Shown: positions 32,643 through 43,375, counted from the first letter of the stretch. The stretch is 64,000 nucleotides of DNA from an uncultured delta proteobacterium (GCA_963776345.1 CAVZMH010000001.1:128001-192000), one strand, 5' to 3'. The notes: generated from the sequence alone by a model not told the origin. Translations and numbers: made by a program.

Positions 32643-33704
32643 ATGGCCCTTCCGGACCGCATCGACCCGCGGCCGCCCCGTCGCATCTACCGCTGGGACC
32701 TGGACAAGACCTACCTCCAGACGGAGTTCGACACCTTCGCCCAGCTGGTGCGCACGGCCCTGGAGAAGGCGAGCGAGAAGCAGGCGGTGCCCGGCGCGGC
32801 GGCGCTGATCCGCGAGCTCCGCGCGCAGGGCGACACCCGGCTGTGCATCATCTCCGGAAGCCCCAAGCAGATGCGGGCGGTGCTCGAGGCCAAGCTGAAG
32901 CTCGACGGGGTCGAGTGGGACGAGCTGGTGCTCAAGGACAACGTCCGCAACCTGCTCCGGGGGCGCTTCCGGGCCCTCCGGGGGCAGGTCGGCTACAAGC
33001 TCCCGGTCCTCCTCGAGAGCCGCATCCACGCGCCGGCGGAGGCCGAGGAGGTGCTGTTCGGCGACGACGCCGAGGCCGACGCGTTCGTCTACTCGCTCTA
33101 CGCCGACCTGATCGCCGGGCGCGTGGACGAGGCGGTCCTCGGCCAGGTGCTCGAGACGGCGCAGGTGTACCCCGACGACCGGGCGCGCATCTTCACCGCC
33201 TGGCGCGCGATCCCCCGCGCCGACCCGGTGCGGCGCATCTTCATCCACCTGGACCGGCTCACCCCGCCGGCGTACTTCGGCCGCTACGGCCCGCGGGTGG
33301 TGCCGGTCTTCAACTACTTCCAGGCGGCGCTGGTGCTGCTCGCCGACGGGCACCTCAACCCGGGCCAGGTGGCCCGCGTCGCGGTGGAGATGGTGCAGAC
33401 CGCGGGGCACAACCTCCTGACCCTGAGCAACTCGTTCCAGGACCTGGTGCGGCGAGGGCTGCCGATCCAGGCGGTGGCGGCGCCGCTGCTCCAGGCGCTC
33501 GAGGGTGCTCTGCAGGGCCCGGGTGCCGTGCTCCAGGCGTTCCGCCCGCTGCCGGACATCGTCAAGGCGTTCACCCGCCGGGTCGCCGCGCTCGGCGCTC
33601 CGCCGCCGCCGCAGGCGCCCCGGGCGATCGACTACCTGAGCGTCCTCGACGACGCGCGCCCGAGGACGCACCGCGCGAGGAAGCGCCCGGGCGAGCTGGC
33701 TTGA
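32643..33704 (+). CDS. HAD-superfamily phosphatase, App1/LNS2 (phosphatidate phosphatase)-like
   Basis: WDLDKT (DxDxT), IISGSP, FGDDAEAD motifs; starts 3 bp after plsX. Confidence 0.65.
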   Translation: MALPDRIDPRPPRRIYRWDLDKTYLQTEFDTFAQLVRTALEKASEKQAVPGAAALIRELRAQGDTRLCIISGSPKQMRAVLEAKLKLDGVEWDELVLKDNVRNLLRGRFRALRGQVGYKLPVLLESRIHAPAEAEEVLFGDDAEADAFVYSLYADLIAGRVDEAVLGQVLETAQVYPDDRARIFTAWRAIPRADPVRRIFIHLDRLTPPAYFGRYGPRVVPVFNYFQAALVLLADGHLNPGQVARVAVEMVQTAGHNLLTLSNSFQDLVRRGLPIQAVAAPLLQALEGALQGPGAVLQAFRPLPDIVKAFTRRVAALGAPPPPQAPRAIDYLSVLDDARPRTHRARKRPGELA

Positions 33705-33709
33705 GCACC

Positions 33710-35587
33710 ATGCGCTCGAACACCCCGTCCCGTCGTCGCCGTCTCTGGCCGTGGCTCGTCGCCCTGCTCGCGCTGGTCGGCCTGGCGCTCTTCCTCATTC
33801 GAGACAGGGAGCGTCCTGCGGACGACGGCGGCTCCGCGACCCGCGGCCCGGCGACCGGGGCGGCGGCTCCGGCCCGACCCGGGGCCGCCGGGACGCCCGG
33901 ACGCGTGGCGGCGCCGGAGCCCGTGGCGCCCGCGCGGGAGGCGCTCCCGCCGTTCACCGGCCGGGTGATCTCCTCTGTCGACGGACAGGCCGTCTCCGGC
34001 GCCGAGGTGACCTTCTTCGCCCCCGAGGGAGCGACCTCGGTCCGCTCGGGGCCCGACGGCCGCTTCCGCCTCGTGCCGTCGCGCGCCGGTCCACACCAGC
34101 TCGCGGCGGTGCTCGCCGAGGGCTACGTGCCGTTCGGCCCGGAGTGGGGACAGAGCCCCATCCGGCTCGTCGCGCCCGCGCCCCCCGGGACTCCCGAGCT
34201 GCTCGTGTGGCTCGACCCCGAGGTGCGGCTGAAGGGCCGCGTCGAGGCCACCGAGGGAGGCGCTCCCATCGCCGGCGCGACGGTGACCTTGCGCGTCCCG
34301 GGGGGCCGGCCGGGCCTGCTCGGTCCGGAGCGCCAGTGGACGACGGACGCTCGGGGAGAGTTTTCCGGCACGGCCCCTCCCGAGGCCATGCTGGTGGCGC
34401 GTGCCGCCGGCTTTGCGCCGGCGGTCGAGGCGCTGCGCGGCGGGGGGCGCTCGCAGACCGTGACCCTCCGGCTCAGGCCCGCACCGGAGGATGCGGCCCC
34501 GGACCAGCCCATCGCCGGACGGGTGGTGGAGGCGAGCGGAGCGCCCGTGCCCGACGCGGTGGTGACGCTCGGCGCCGCCCGGCGGGGGCCGCGGGGAGGG
34601 GGCTCGCCGCTCCCCGCTCCGGTCACCACGGATGCCCAGGGCCGGTTCCGGTTCGAGGCGGTGCCGGCGCAGGCGGGCTGGGCCCAGGCCTCGTCCGGCG
34701 AGCTCCTCTCGGACCGGGTGGTCGTCCAGCCGGGGGACACCGAGGTGGTCCTCACGGTCCGTCCCGGTGGCGTGCTCGCCGGGCGGGTCCTCCACGCCGA
34801 CGGTCGGCCCGCGACCGCGTTCGCGGTGCAGCTGGCGCGGCCGCGGCGGTCGGAGCCGGTCCGGACGCTGTCCATCGTGGATCCGGACGGCCGCTGGGAG
34901 GTGCGCGGGCTGGGGGCGGGGCCGTGGGAGCTGCAGGCGCTCGCCCGGGACAGCGGACCCTCGGAGACCGTCCGGGTGGAGCTTCCCGCCACGCCCGGCG
35001 CCCGCGTGGAGAGGGAGCTCCGGCTCCGCGCGGGCCGGCGGCTGTCGGGGGTGGTCCGGGACGCGAACACCCGCGCGACGGTGGCCGGAGCCCGGGTGGC
35101 GATGGAGGCCTCGCCGGGAGAGGACTCGGTCCTGGTCCGCACCGGAACGTTCACTGGACCCGACGGCCGGTTCGAGCTGGAAGGCGTGCCGGACGCGCCG
35201 GTGAGCATCTCGGTCGAGTCGGAGCGGTACAACCGCCGCATCGTGACCCTCGCCCGGGGCAGGACCGAGGTGGAGGTCTCGCTCCGGCCGCTGGCCACGG
35301 ACCAGGCGCCGACGACCGACCTGGTGGGGATCGGCGCGGTGGTGAGCCGGAGCGAGGAGGGCATCGTGCTCGGAAACTTGATGCCGTCCGGCGGCGCCGC
35401 CGCCGCAGGGCTGCACCCGGGAGACCTGGTGCTGCGCGTGGACGGGCAGCCGGTGGGCGAGCTGGGCTTCGTGGACGCGATCCAGCGGCTCCGGGGCGAG
35501 GAGGGGACGGTGGTCCGGCTCGACATCCGGCGCGCCGACGGGACGACCGCCACGGTGGACGTCGTGCGCCGGCCGATCAGCTTCTGA
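33710..35587 (+). CDS. Membrane-anchored protein with carboxypeptidase-regulatory-like repeats and C-terminal PDZ
   Basis: ATG 33710, TM, repeated GRV...G.P..GA.V...TD..GRF units, GIG...GD.VL.VDG...LRGEEGT.V.L PDZ. Confidence 0.85.
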   Translation: MRSNTPSRRRRLWPWLVALLALVGLALFLIRDRERPADDGGSATRGPATGAAAPARPGAAGTPGRVAAPEPVAPAREALPPFTGRVISSVDGQAVSGAEVTFFAPEGATSVRSGPDGRFRLVPSRAGPHQLAAVLAEGYVPFGPEWGQSPIRLVAPAPPGTPELLVWLDPEVRLKGRVEATEGGAPIAGATVTLRVPGGRPGLLGPERQWTTDARGEFSGTAPPEAMLVARAAGFAPAVEALRGGGRSQTVTLRLRPAPEDAAPDQPIAGRVVEASGAPVPDAVVTLGAARRGPRGGGSPLPAPVTTDAQGRFRFEAVPAQAGWAQASSGELLSDRVVVQPGDTEVVLTVRPGGVLAGRVLHADGRPATAFAVQLARPRRSEPVRTLSIVDPDGRWEVRGLGAGPWELQALARDSGPSETVRVELPATPGARVERELRLRAGRRLSGVVRDANTRATVAGARVAMEASPGEDSVLVRTGTFTGPDGRFELEGVPDAPVSISVESERYNRRIVTLARGRTEVEVSLRPLATDQAPTTDLVGIGAVVSRSEEGIVLGNLMPSGGAAAAGLHPGDLVLRVDGQPVGELGFVDAIQRLRGEEGTVVRLDIRRADGTTATVDVVRRPISF

Positions 35588-36596
35588 CCAGCACGCCGCG
35601 CGGGGTGAGCGGGCGGTCCCGCGGCAAGAGCTGCTGCTCCTGGTACCAGCGGAGCGCGTCGCGGATGCCGTGCCGCACCGGGCGTGGCCGGTAGTCGAGC
35701 GTGCGCTGGGCCAGCGCCGAGCTCACGTACGCCGGCTCGAAGAGCTGGCGCAGGAAGGGCGTGTTCACCCAGCCGAGCCGGGCCGAGGAGAGGGCCCCGA
35801 GGACGTCACCGGTGCGCCCCAGCGCCCGGGCCGCCCAGCCGGGGAGAGCGACCAGGGGTGCGCGCTGTCCGCACTCCTCGGCGATCTGGGCGAGGAACGC
35901 GTGGTGGGTGAGGTTCTCGCCTCCGAGGATGTAGCGGGTGCGCGGTAGGCCGGCGCGCATCGCCAGCACCAGCCCACCGGCGACGTCGTCGGCGTTCACG
36001 AAGTTCGCCCCCCCGGGGGGGTAGGCCAGGAGGAGCCCCGAGGCCACCAGCCGGACCACCTCGGCGCTGGTGGCCCCGGTCCCGTATGCGCCGACGACGA
36101 AGGTGGGGTTGCAGACGATGACTTGAAGACCTCCCCAGTCGCCGAGGGCGAGCTCCTCGGCGGCGCGCTTGCTCTCGGCGTAGGGCGTGCTCCGCTCGGG
36201 TCGGGGGGCGTCCTCGGTCGCCGGCTGGTCGAGGGTGCCGTGTCCGACGGTGACGCTGGACGAGACGTGCACCAGCCTGCGCACGCCCGCGCTGCGCGCC
36301 GCCTGGAGCACCTGCCGGGTCCCCTCGACGTTGATGGTCCACAGCAGGAGCCGTCCCGCGTCGTCGAAGCGCACGTGCCCTGCGGCGTGGAACACCCGCT
36401 GGACGCCGTTCATCGCCTTGGCCAGCGAGTGCGCATCGCGCACGTCGCCCGACACCCGCTCCACCTCCAGCCCGCCGAGGGAACGGGCGTCGGAGCCGGG
36501 GGTGAGCAGCACGCGCGGCCGCTCGCCGGCCCGGAGCAGGGTACGGACGAGATTTGCTCCGATGAGTCCGGTGGCGCCCGTCAGGAGCGTTCGCAT
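35577..36596 (-). CDS. NAD-dependent epimerase/dehydratase (HpnA/DFR-like extended SDR)
   Basis: TGATGLIG, VFHAAG, NV.GT, YAESK, RYILGGEN. Confidence 0.88.
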   Translation of the reverse strand: MRTLLTGATGLIGANLVRTLLRAGERPRVLLTPGSDARSLGGLEVERVSGDVRDAHSLAKAMNGVQRVFHAAGHVRFDDAGRLLLWTINVEGTRQVLQAARSAGVRRLVHVSSSVTVGHGTLDQPATEDAPRPERSTPYAESKRAAEELALGDWGGLQVIVCNPTFVVGAYGTGATSAEVVRLVASGLLLAYPPGGANFVNADDVAGGLVLAMRAGLPRTRYILGGENLTHHAFLAQIAEECGQRAPLVALPGWAARALGRTGDVLGALSSARLGWVNTPFLRQLFEPAYVSSALAQRTLDYRPRPVRHGIRDALRWYQEQQLLPRDRPLTPRGVLVRS

Positions 36597-36649
36597 GGTA
36601 TAGACGCGTGCCCTTCAAAGCCCGCTCCGACCCGGGGCGTCAATCGCTG

Positions 36650-38266
36650 ATGACGGACGATCCCACCGAGCCCGAACCCACCGTCGCTGCCACCCGGCCC
36701 GCGGAAGCACTGCCCGGGGGTTCCGATGACCCGGGGGCCGAGCCCGCGCTGGACGGCGAGGCTCCGGAGCTCGAGGCCGCCGAGGACGACGACGAGGCGG
36801 AGGACGAGCCGGATCCGCTCGCCGGGCCGGTGCCGGAGCCACCGCCGCCGCACGACGAGAAGGAGCCGGAGCCGGTCCCGCCCGCGCTGTGGGAGAGCGA
36901 CGCCGACCATCTCGATCCCACCGCCCCGGTCCCGCGGGACCACGCGCCGGACATCGATCCGGAGAAGCTCGATCCGGACGCGCTCAAGGTGGTGAACCGG
37001 CTGCTGCAGTACGGGCACCAGGCGTACCTGGTCGGCGGCTGCGTCCGGGATCTGCTGGTCGGTCGGACCCCCAAGGACTTCGACGTCGCCACCAGCGCGG
37101 TGCCCAGCGAGGTGCGCGGCATCTTCCGCAACTGCCGGCTCATCGGGCGGCGGTTCCGGCTCGCGCACGTCTACTTCAAGGGCGGGAAGATCGTGGAGGT
37201 CTCCACCTTCCGCGCCAACCCCAGCGAGCTGGAAGACACCCCGGCCGAGGCTGGCGAGGGCGGTGAGGAGAAGGACGACCTCCTGATCAGCGACGACAAC
37301 GTCTTCGGCACCGCCGAGCAGGACGCGCGCCGCCGGGACTTCACCATCAACGGCCTCTTCTACGACGTCGCCGGGGGGCGGGTGATCGACTTCGTGGGGG
37401 GGCTGCGGGACCTGCGCGCGCGCGAGGTGCGCACCATCGGCGACCCGGAGATCCGCCTCCGGGAGGATCCGGTCCGCATCCTGCGCGCGGTGCGCTTCGC
37501 CTGCCGGCTGGAGTTCGACATCGAGTCGCGGACCTATGCGGCGATGGAGGGCACGGTGGAGGACCTGCCGCGCTGTGCCCCGCCCCGGTTGCTCGAGGAC
37601 ACGTTCCGGATCCTCCGCGGCGGGGTGAGCGCCGGAGGCCTACAGCTGCTCGCCGCGCTCGATGCGCTGCGCTTCCTGCTGCCGCCGGTGGATGGGTGGC
37701 TCAAGGAGCGGGGCCCGGAGGGCGCCGCGCTGCTGCGGGCGCATGCCGAGCGGCTCGATACCCGCGTCCGCTCGGGCGTGGTGCCGGAGGACGCGGTGCT
37801 CCTGGCGACGCTGCTGCTGCCGCTGGTGCGCTCGGCGCCCGCTCCGGCGGAGGCTCCGGCCGGTGGCCTCGAGTCGGAGGAGGTGGGACCTTCGGTGCCG
37901 CCCGCCGTGGAGGACCTCCTCCAGGAGCTCGTCCGCACCGCGCGGCTCCCCCGGCGCATCGCCGAGCGGTGCCGGATGATCCTCCTCGCGCAGGCGACCC
38001 TCTCCGGGCAGCGGCGGCGACGGGGCGGCCCGGCCAGCTTCCGGCGGCACCCCCTGTTCCAGGAAGCGCTGACCGTCTTCGAGCTCTCGGTGGAAGCCAC
38101 GGGGGAACACCGGGAGGCGCTCGAGGCCTGGAAGGCGGGTGGCGCGCCCGCGCCTCCGACCGGAGGTCCGGGGTCCGAGGGGGGCCGGCGTCGGCGGCGG
38201 CGTCGCAGGCGGGGCCCGCGTTCCGGCCCGCCCTCCGGGGAAGGGGGGGGCGGACCCGCGGCCTGA
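36650..38266 (+). CDS. pcnB: Poly(A) polymerase I
   Basis: VGGCVRDLL, PKDFDVAT, PAP-specific LIGRRFRLAHV, RRDFTING, EDPVRILRA. Confidence 0.92.
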   Translation: MTDDPTEPEPTVAATRPAEALPGGSDDPGAEPALDGEAPELEAAEDDDEAEDEPDPLAGPVPEPPPPHDEKEPEPVPPALWESDADHLDPTAPVPRDHAPDIDPEKLDPDALKVVNRLLQYGHQAYLVGGCVRDLLVGRTPKDFDVATSAVPSEVRGIFRNCRLIGRRFRLAHVYFKGGKIVEVSTFRANPSELEDTPAEAGEGGEEKDDLLISDDNVFGTAEQDARRRDFTINGLFYDVAGGRVIDFVGGLRDLRAREVRTIGDPEIRLREDPVRILRAVRFACRLEFDIESRTYAAMEGTVEDLPRCAPPRLLEDTFRILRGGVSAGGLQLLAALDALRFLLPPVDGWLKERGPEGAALLRAHAERLDTRVRSGVVPEDAVLLATLLLPLVRSAPAPAEAPAGGLESEEVGPSVPPAVEDLLQELVRTARLPRRIAERCRMILLAQATLSGQRRRRGGPASFRRHPLFQEALTVFELSVEATGEHREALEAWKAGGAPAPPTGGPGSEGGRRRRRRRRRGPRSGPPSGEGGGGPAA

Positions 38267-38329
38267 CGCCGCGAGTCATCGCCTTGATGTTGCGCAGAGG
38301 CCCGTTCCGCGCCAATTGGAGCCCGTCCG

Positions 38330-39178
38330 GTGCTGAATCCCTCCTTACTCGACGCCCCGCCCAGGCCTTATCCGGTCGCGCTGGAGCGTCCGTCCGTGCC
38401 GATCGAGCTGGGCGAGGCCGAGCTCGGGGCGTTCCTCGACCTGCTCGCGGTGCGCCGCGAGCGCCCGTCGCTCCCCTACCTCCGGCGCCTCCAGCGGCGG
38501 TGCCTGACCACGGTGGCCTTCGAAAACCTCGACATCCACTGGCGGGTGCCGATCCAGCTCGACGTCCGTCACGCCTGGGAGAAGGTCGTCCGGCGCCGGC
38601 GCGGCGGCTTCTGTTACGAGCTCAACGGTCTGTTCAGCTGGGCGCTGGAGCGGCTGGGATTCGATGTCGCGTTGCTCTCGGGGAAGGTGTGGCGCAAGCC
38701 GACCCGGGCCTGGGGTCCGGAGTACGACCACCTCGCGCTCCACGTCAGGGTCGACGGCGGGGACTACCTGGTCGACGTGGGGTACGGCGACTCGTTCCGG
38801 ACGCCGTTGCCGCTGCCCTCGGGAGCGAGGAGCGACGTGAGCGGGTCGTACCGGTTGTTCCCGGATGGCGGTGAGCTCCAGCTGGAGCACGCCACGGTGC
38901 TGGGGCACTCCAGGCCGCTGTACCGGGTGTCGTTGCGGCCGCGGGTGATGGCGGAGTTCGCCGGGATGTTCCACTGGCACCAGACCAGTCCCGAGTCGCC
39001 CTTCACCAACCACACCATCTTCACCCTGGCGCGGCCGTGGGGGCGGACCACGCTCACCGAGCGGTACCGGATGGAGACGCGGGGCGCGCACACCACCCGT
39101 CAACGCTACCAACGCCCGGACGCGTGGCTGCAGGAGCTCCGCACCCGCTTCGGGGTGAAGGGCCCGCTCGGCTCCTGA
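38330..39178 (+). CDS. Arylamine N-acetyltransferase family protein
   Basis: FENLD, RRGGFCYELNGLF, catalytic H and YLVDVGYG, HQTSP.SPF. Confidence 0.92.
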   Translation: MLNPSLLDAPPRPYPVALERPSVPIELGEAELGAFLDLLAVRRERPSLPYLRRLQRRCLTTVAFENLDIHWRVPIQLDVRHAWEKVVRRRRGGFCYELNGLFSWALERLGFDVALLSGKVWRKPTRAWGPEYDHLALHVRVDGGDYLVDVGYGDSFRTPLPLPSGARSDVSGSYRLFPDGGELQLEHATVLGHSRPLYRVSLRPRVMAEFAGMFHWHQTSPESPFTNHTIFTLARPWGRTTLTERYRMETRGAHTTRQRYQRPDAWLQELRTRFGVKGPLGS

Positions 39179-39186
39179 AGGGCCCG

Positions 39187-40404
39187 TCAGTCGGGGACGT
39201 CGAGACGCGATGCGCCCGCCCGGGCGCGGACCTCGTCCAGAGGGTCGTCCTCGTCCAGCGAGAGGACGTCGGCCGGAGCGACGGCGCCCTGGCCGAAGCG
39301 GACCGCGATCGCGTCGAGCGCCCGGTTCAGCGCCTCCGAGCGTCCGGGTCGCTCGCCGAAGAGCGCGAGCTGCCCCTCCGCGCCGTCGTGCAGCTCCTGC
39401 GCGGAGACGCCGGTCAGACGCACCGGTCGGGTGACCGGCGCGCGCTCGAGGAGCTCCAGCGCATACCGGTAGATCTCCTGCCCGTCGTCGGTGGGACGCT
39501 CCAGGGTGCGGCGCCGGGTCTGCACCGTGAAGTCGTCCAGCTTGAGCTTCAGCTGAACCACGCGCGTCCGCAGGCCCGCCCTCCGCAGCCGCCGCGCCAC
39601 CCGGAGCGCCTGCGCATGAAGCCTCGGGCGCAGGAGCGATGGGTCCGAGACGTCCTCCTCGAAGGTGTCCTCCGCCCCGATGCTCTTGTTGCCCCTGTCG
39701 GGCACGACCGGTCGGTCGTCCTCTCCGCGGGCCAGCGCGCCGAGGTGCCTCCCGAGCTCGCCCAGACGCGAGGTGAGCCAGTCCGGATCGCGGGCCGCGA
39801 GATCACCCACCCGCCGGAGCCCGAGCCCATGCAGCCGCGCCTCCAGCTTCGGCCCCACGCCCCACAGCCGCGACACGGGAAGTCCCGCGAGAAATGAGCG
39901 ACTGTCCTCCGGCCGGACCTCGCGCTGCCCGTTCGGCTTGGCGAGATCGGAGGCGATCTTCGCCACGAACTTGCACCAGGCGATCCCCGCCGACGCGGGA
40001 AGCCCCACCTCCTCGGCGATCTCCCGCCTCAGCCTCCGCGCGATCTCCGCCGGCGTCCCGAAGAGCGTCTGCGATGCGGTCACGTCCAGGAACGCCTCGT
40101 CGAGCGAGAGAGGCTCGATGAGCGGGGTGACCCGTTCGAGGATCGAGAACACCTGCTCGCTCGCCTCGGCGTAGGCCGCGAAGCGCGGCGGCACCACCAC
40201 CGCACCCGGTGCGAGCACCAGCGCCCTGGCCATCGGGATGGCGCTGCGGACCCCGAAGGGCCGCACCTCGTAGCTCGCGGCCAGGACCACGCCGCGCCGC
40301 GGATGCCCGCCCACGATGACCGGCCGGCCCCGCAGCTCGGGCTGGTCTCGCTGCTCGACGGACGCATAGAAGGCGTCCATGTCCACGTGGAGGATGGCTC
40401 GCAT
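39187..40404 (-). CDS. dinB: DNA polymerase IV (Y family)
   Basis: ILHVDMDAFYASVEQRD, AASYE.R, SLDEAFLD, AKIASD..KPNG, WGVG. Confidence 0.96.
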   Translation of the reverse strand: MRAILHVDMDAFYASVEQRDQPELRGRPVIVGGHPRRGVVLAASYEVRPFGVRSAIPMARALVLAPGAVVVPPRFAAYAEASEQVFSILERVTPLIEPLSLDEAFLDVTASQTLFGTPAEIARRLRREIAEEVGLPASAGIAWCKFVAKIASDLAKPNGQREVRPEDSRSFLAGLPVSRLWGVGPKLEARLHGLGLRRVGDLAARDPDWLTSRLGELGRHLGALARGEDDRPVVPDRGNKSIGAEDTFEEDVSDPSLLRPRLHAQALRVARRLRRAGLRTRVVQLKLKLDDFTVQTRRRTLERPTDDGQEIYRYALELLERAPVTRPVRLTGVSAQELHDGAEGQLALFGERPGRSEALNRALDAIAVRFGQGAVAPADVLSLDEDDPLDEVRARAGASRLDVPD

Positions 40405-40474
40405 GCCGGGGGGTCCGGAGCGGCGGACACGCTAACCCGGGGGACCCATCCGCCGCCCGACCGGGGGAGGCCCG

Positions 40475-41392
40475 TCAGTCCACGGCGGCGAGCCCGAGCT
40501 CGCCCAGCGCCGTCCGGAGCTCCAGCGGCAACGGGGCCGCCAGCTCCAGCGGCCGCCCGGTGGCCGGGTGCGCCAGGCCGAGGCGCGACGCGTGGAGGAA
40601 GAAGCGGCCCAGCCCCGGGTGCGCCCGTCCGCCGTAGCTGGTGTCGCCGAGCACCGGCGCGCCGATCGCCGCCAGATGCGCGCGGATCTGGTGCAGGACG
40701 CCGGTGTGGATCCGCACCTCGAGCAGCGCCGCATCGCCCGACCGGGAGAGGACCCGGAACTCGCTCAGCGCCTCCCGCCCCGAGCCGTCCAGTGCCGGCT
40801 CGACGTGGTCCCCGCGGTGACGGAGCGGCAGGTCGATCTCGCCAGCGTCGGCCACGGGCCCGGTCACCACCGCGAGGTACCGCTTGTCGACCCGCCGCTC
40901 GGAGAAGGCGTCCCGCAGCGCGCGCCAGGCCTCCGGGGTCCGGGCGGCGAGCAGCACCCCCGAGGTCAGCGTGTCCAGGCGATGCACCAGCCCGCCCTCG
41001 CGCGGGTCCGCCGAGGCGTCCGCGCACTCCGGATGCCGCGCCACCAGCGCGTTCACCACCGTCCCGCGCTCGCCCGGCGCCAGCGGATGGCTCGGAATCC
41101 CCGCCGGCTTGTCGACGGCGACCAGCTGCGGGTCGAGGTGGAGGAGGTGGAGGGGCAGCTCGGGCTGGGGCACCGGGCGCGGGTCCTCGGTCGGCAGGGT
41201 CACCTCGACCCGTGCCCCGGCGACGGTCCGGTCGCCCTTGCGCGGAGGCCGTCCGCCGATCCGCACCGCCCCCAGCTCCAGCAGCTCCTTCACCCGCGCC
41301 CGGGGCAGCTCCAGCGCTCCGGCCAGCCACACGTCGACCCGCATCCCGGCGGCGTCGGGCGGGACCTCGAGGCTTCTCCGCCCATCGCTCAT
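40475..41392 (-). CDS. RluA/RluD family pseudouridine synthase
   Basis: ATG 41392, S4-like N-terminus, [35 protein letters not shown]. Confidence 0.92.
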   Translation of the reverse strand: MSDGRRSLEVPPDAAGMRVDVWLAGALELPRARVKELLELGAVRIGGRPPRKGDRTVAGARVEVTLPTEDPRPVPQPELPLHLLHLDPQLVAVDKPAGIPSHPLAPGERGTVVNALVARHPECADASADPREGGLVHRLDTLTSGVLLAARTPEAWRALRDAFSERRVDKRYLAVVTGPVADAGEIDLPLRHRGDHVEPALDGSGREALSEFRVLSRSGDAALLEVRIHTGVLHQIRAHLAAIGAPVLGDTSYGGRAHPGLGRFFLHASRLGLAHPATGRPLELAAPLPLELRTALGELGLAAVD

Positions 41393-42507
41393 TCGGCGAG
41401 CGCCTCGGCGACCTCCTCCGCGGTCTGGAAGCGCTCCGCCGGCTCCTTCCGCAGCAGCCGGTGCGCGATGCGGGCCAGGGCGGCATCGGCGCCGGGGTTG
41501 ATCGACGTCACCGTGGCCGCCTCCGTCTCCAGCACCTTCTGCCAGAGCTCGTGCGGGGTACGGGCGTCGAACGGCGTCCGGCCGGTGAGCATCTCGTAGA
41601 GGATGACCCCCAGCGAGTACAGGTCCGCGCGCGCGTCGAGCCCCTCTCCGAGGATTTGCTCCGGCGCCATGTAGCGGAAGGTGCCCACCAGCCGGCCATC
41701 GGCCGTCACCGCGCCGTCGTCGGCGAGGAACTTGGCCAGGCCGAAGTCCATCAGGCGCACCAGCCGGTCCTCGTCCACCATGACGTTGGTCGGCTTGAGA
41801 TCGCGGTGCACCAGGCCGTGGCCGTGGATGTAGCTCAGGGCGCTGGCCAGCTGGGTCATCGCGTCCTTCAGTCGCCCGGTTCGCTCGGGCCGGTTCAGCG
41901 CCGGCAGGTCCGGAGCGCGGTGCAGGTGCTCGGGGGCGGGCTGCTCGACGGGCGGCGCATCCGGGGCCTCGCTCACGCTCACCTCGCGCGACTCCTGGGT
42001 GTCCGGCTCGTCGGCCGCGTCCGCCAGGGCCCGCACGCTCTCCGGGCCGGTGGAGTACGAGACCTCCTCGCTCGGCGGCTCCTCGGCGAAGCTGCTCAGG
42101 GTGAAGGTCGGCGTCCCCCACTCCCCGGTGTCGGTGTCGTTCCAGGGCACGCTCGGCTCGTCGCGCTTCCGGATCGGGGGCCGGGCGTCCGGCGAGCCGC
42201 TCAGGTCCAGCTCGAGGTAGTTCCGGAGGGTCAGGCCCTCCACCAGCTCCATTGCGAGATACGGGTAGCCGTGGTGCACCCCGGTGTCGAACACCTTCAC
42301 CACGTTGGGATGGGAGAGCTCGGCCAGGGTCTCGAACTCCCGGGCCAGCCGCCGCGCCGCACGGGGGTCCAGCGCCGGCCCGGTGGAGAGGAGCTTCAAC
42401 GCCACGGGCTCACCCGTTCGGCGGTCGAGCGCGCGGTACACCGTCCCCGCGCCTCCACTGCCCAGCGTGTCGAGGACGCGGTAGGGGCCGATGACCTTGG
42501 GTGGCAT
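41389..42507 (-). CDS. Cytoplasmic Ser/Thr protein kinase with large internal insert
   Basis: ATG 42507, [35 protein letters not shown]; no TM. Confidence 0.92.
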   Translation of the reverse strand: MPPKVIGPYRVLDTLGSGGAGTVYRALDRRTGEPVALKLLSTGPALDPRAARRLAREFETLAELSHPNVVKVFDTGVHHGYPYLAMELVEGLTLRNYLELDLSGSPDARPPIRKRDEPSVPWNDTDTGEWGTPTFTLSSFAEEPPSEEVSYSTGPESVRALADAADEPDTQESREVSVSEAPDAPPVEQPAPEHLHRAPDLPALNRPERTGRLKDAMTQLASALSYIHGHGLVHRDLKPTNVMVDEDRLVRLMDFGLAKFLADDGAVTADGRLVGTFRYMAPEQILGEGLDARADLYSLGVILYEMLTGRTPFDARTPHELWQKVLETEAATVTSINPGADAALARIAHRLLRKEPAERFQTAEEVAEALAE

Positions 42508-42588
42508 GAGCGAAGCTCCAGAATTGTAAGAAGCGCGCGACACAGGGGTCAACGAATTGGGGGACCTCGCCGTAGACTGAGGGGGCCC

Positions 42589-43326
42589 ATGGCCCGTGCC
42601 CTGCCCGAGGTCCCCGGACCGCACATCCCCCGGACCCTGTGCATCGACGTCGGCGGGACGGGCCTGAAGGCCCTGGTGCTCGACTCCGCAGCCGAGCCGT
42701 TGACCGAGCGGGTGAGGGTGGAGACCCCACGCCCGGCCACTCCCCGGCGGGTCCTCCAGGCGCTCTGGTCCCTCGTCGAGCCGCTGGGCTCCTTCGAGCG
42801 CATCTCGGTGGGTTTTCCCGGGGTGGTGGTGGAGGGCGTCACCCGGACGGCGCCCAACCTTCATCCGGACTGGGCCGGCTACCCGCTCGCGCGCACCCTG
42901 GAGGATCGCTTCCGCCGCCCGGCCCGGGTCCTCAATGACGCGGGCATCCAGGGCTACGGCGTGGTGGAGGGGCGGGGGGTGGAGATGCTCCTGACCCTCG
43001 GCACCGGCATGGGCTGCGCGCTGTTCAACGACGGGGTGTACGTGCCCAACCTCGAGCTCGCCCACCACCCGTTCCGGAAGAAGAAAACCTACGAGGACTA
43101 CGTAGGCGCGCGCGCACTCGCCGCGGTGGGGAAGAAGCAGTGGAACCGCCGGGTCGCCCGGGTGGTGGCCCAGCTGCTGCCCATCTTCAACCCGCGCCGG
43201 CTGTACCTGGGCGGTGGGAACGCCAAGCACCTCGAGGTCGAGCTGCCGCCGGAGGTGCACCTGGTGGCGAACGTCGCCGGGCTGCTCGGCGGCATCGCGC
43301 TCTGGAGAGGGCACGGCGGAGCATGA
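42589..43326 (+). CDS. ROK family kinase (polyphosphate glucokinase-like)
   Basis: [35 protein letters not shown]. Confidence 0.85.
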   Translation: MARALPEVPGPHIPRTLCIDVGGTGLKALVLDSAAEPLTERVRVETPRPATPRRVLQALWSLVEPLGSFERISVGFPGVVVEGVTRTAPNLHPDWAGYPLARTLEDRFRRPARVLNDAGIQGYGVVEGRGVEMLLTLGTGMGCALFNDGVYVPNLELAHHPFRKKKTYEDYVGARALAAVGKKQWNRRVARVVAQLLPIFNPRRLYLGGGNAKHLEVELPPEVHLVANVAGLLGGIALWRGHGGA

Positions 43327-43375
43327 CGCTGCGCGTGGACGCTCCGGCCCCGCTCGCCTAGGGTGCGCCGCTGTG

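Noticed and set aside
40405..40475. Possible LexA/SOS box or mutagenesis cassette at dinB
   Set aside because: No recognisable LexA-type palindrome upstream, and no imuA/imuB/dnaE2 neighbours.
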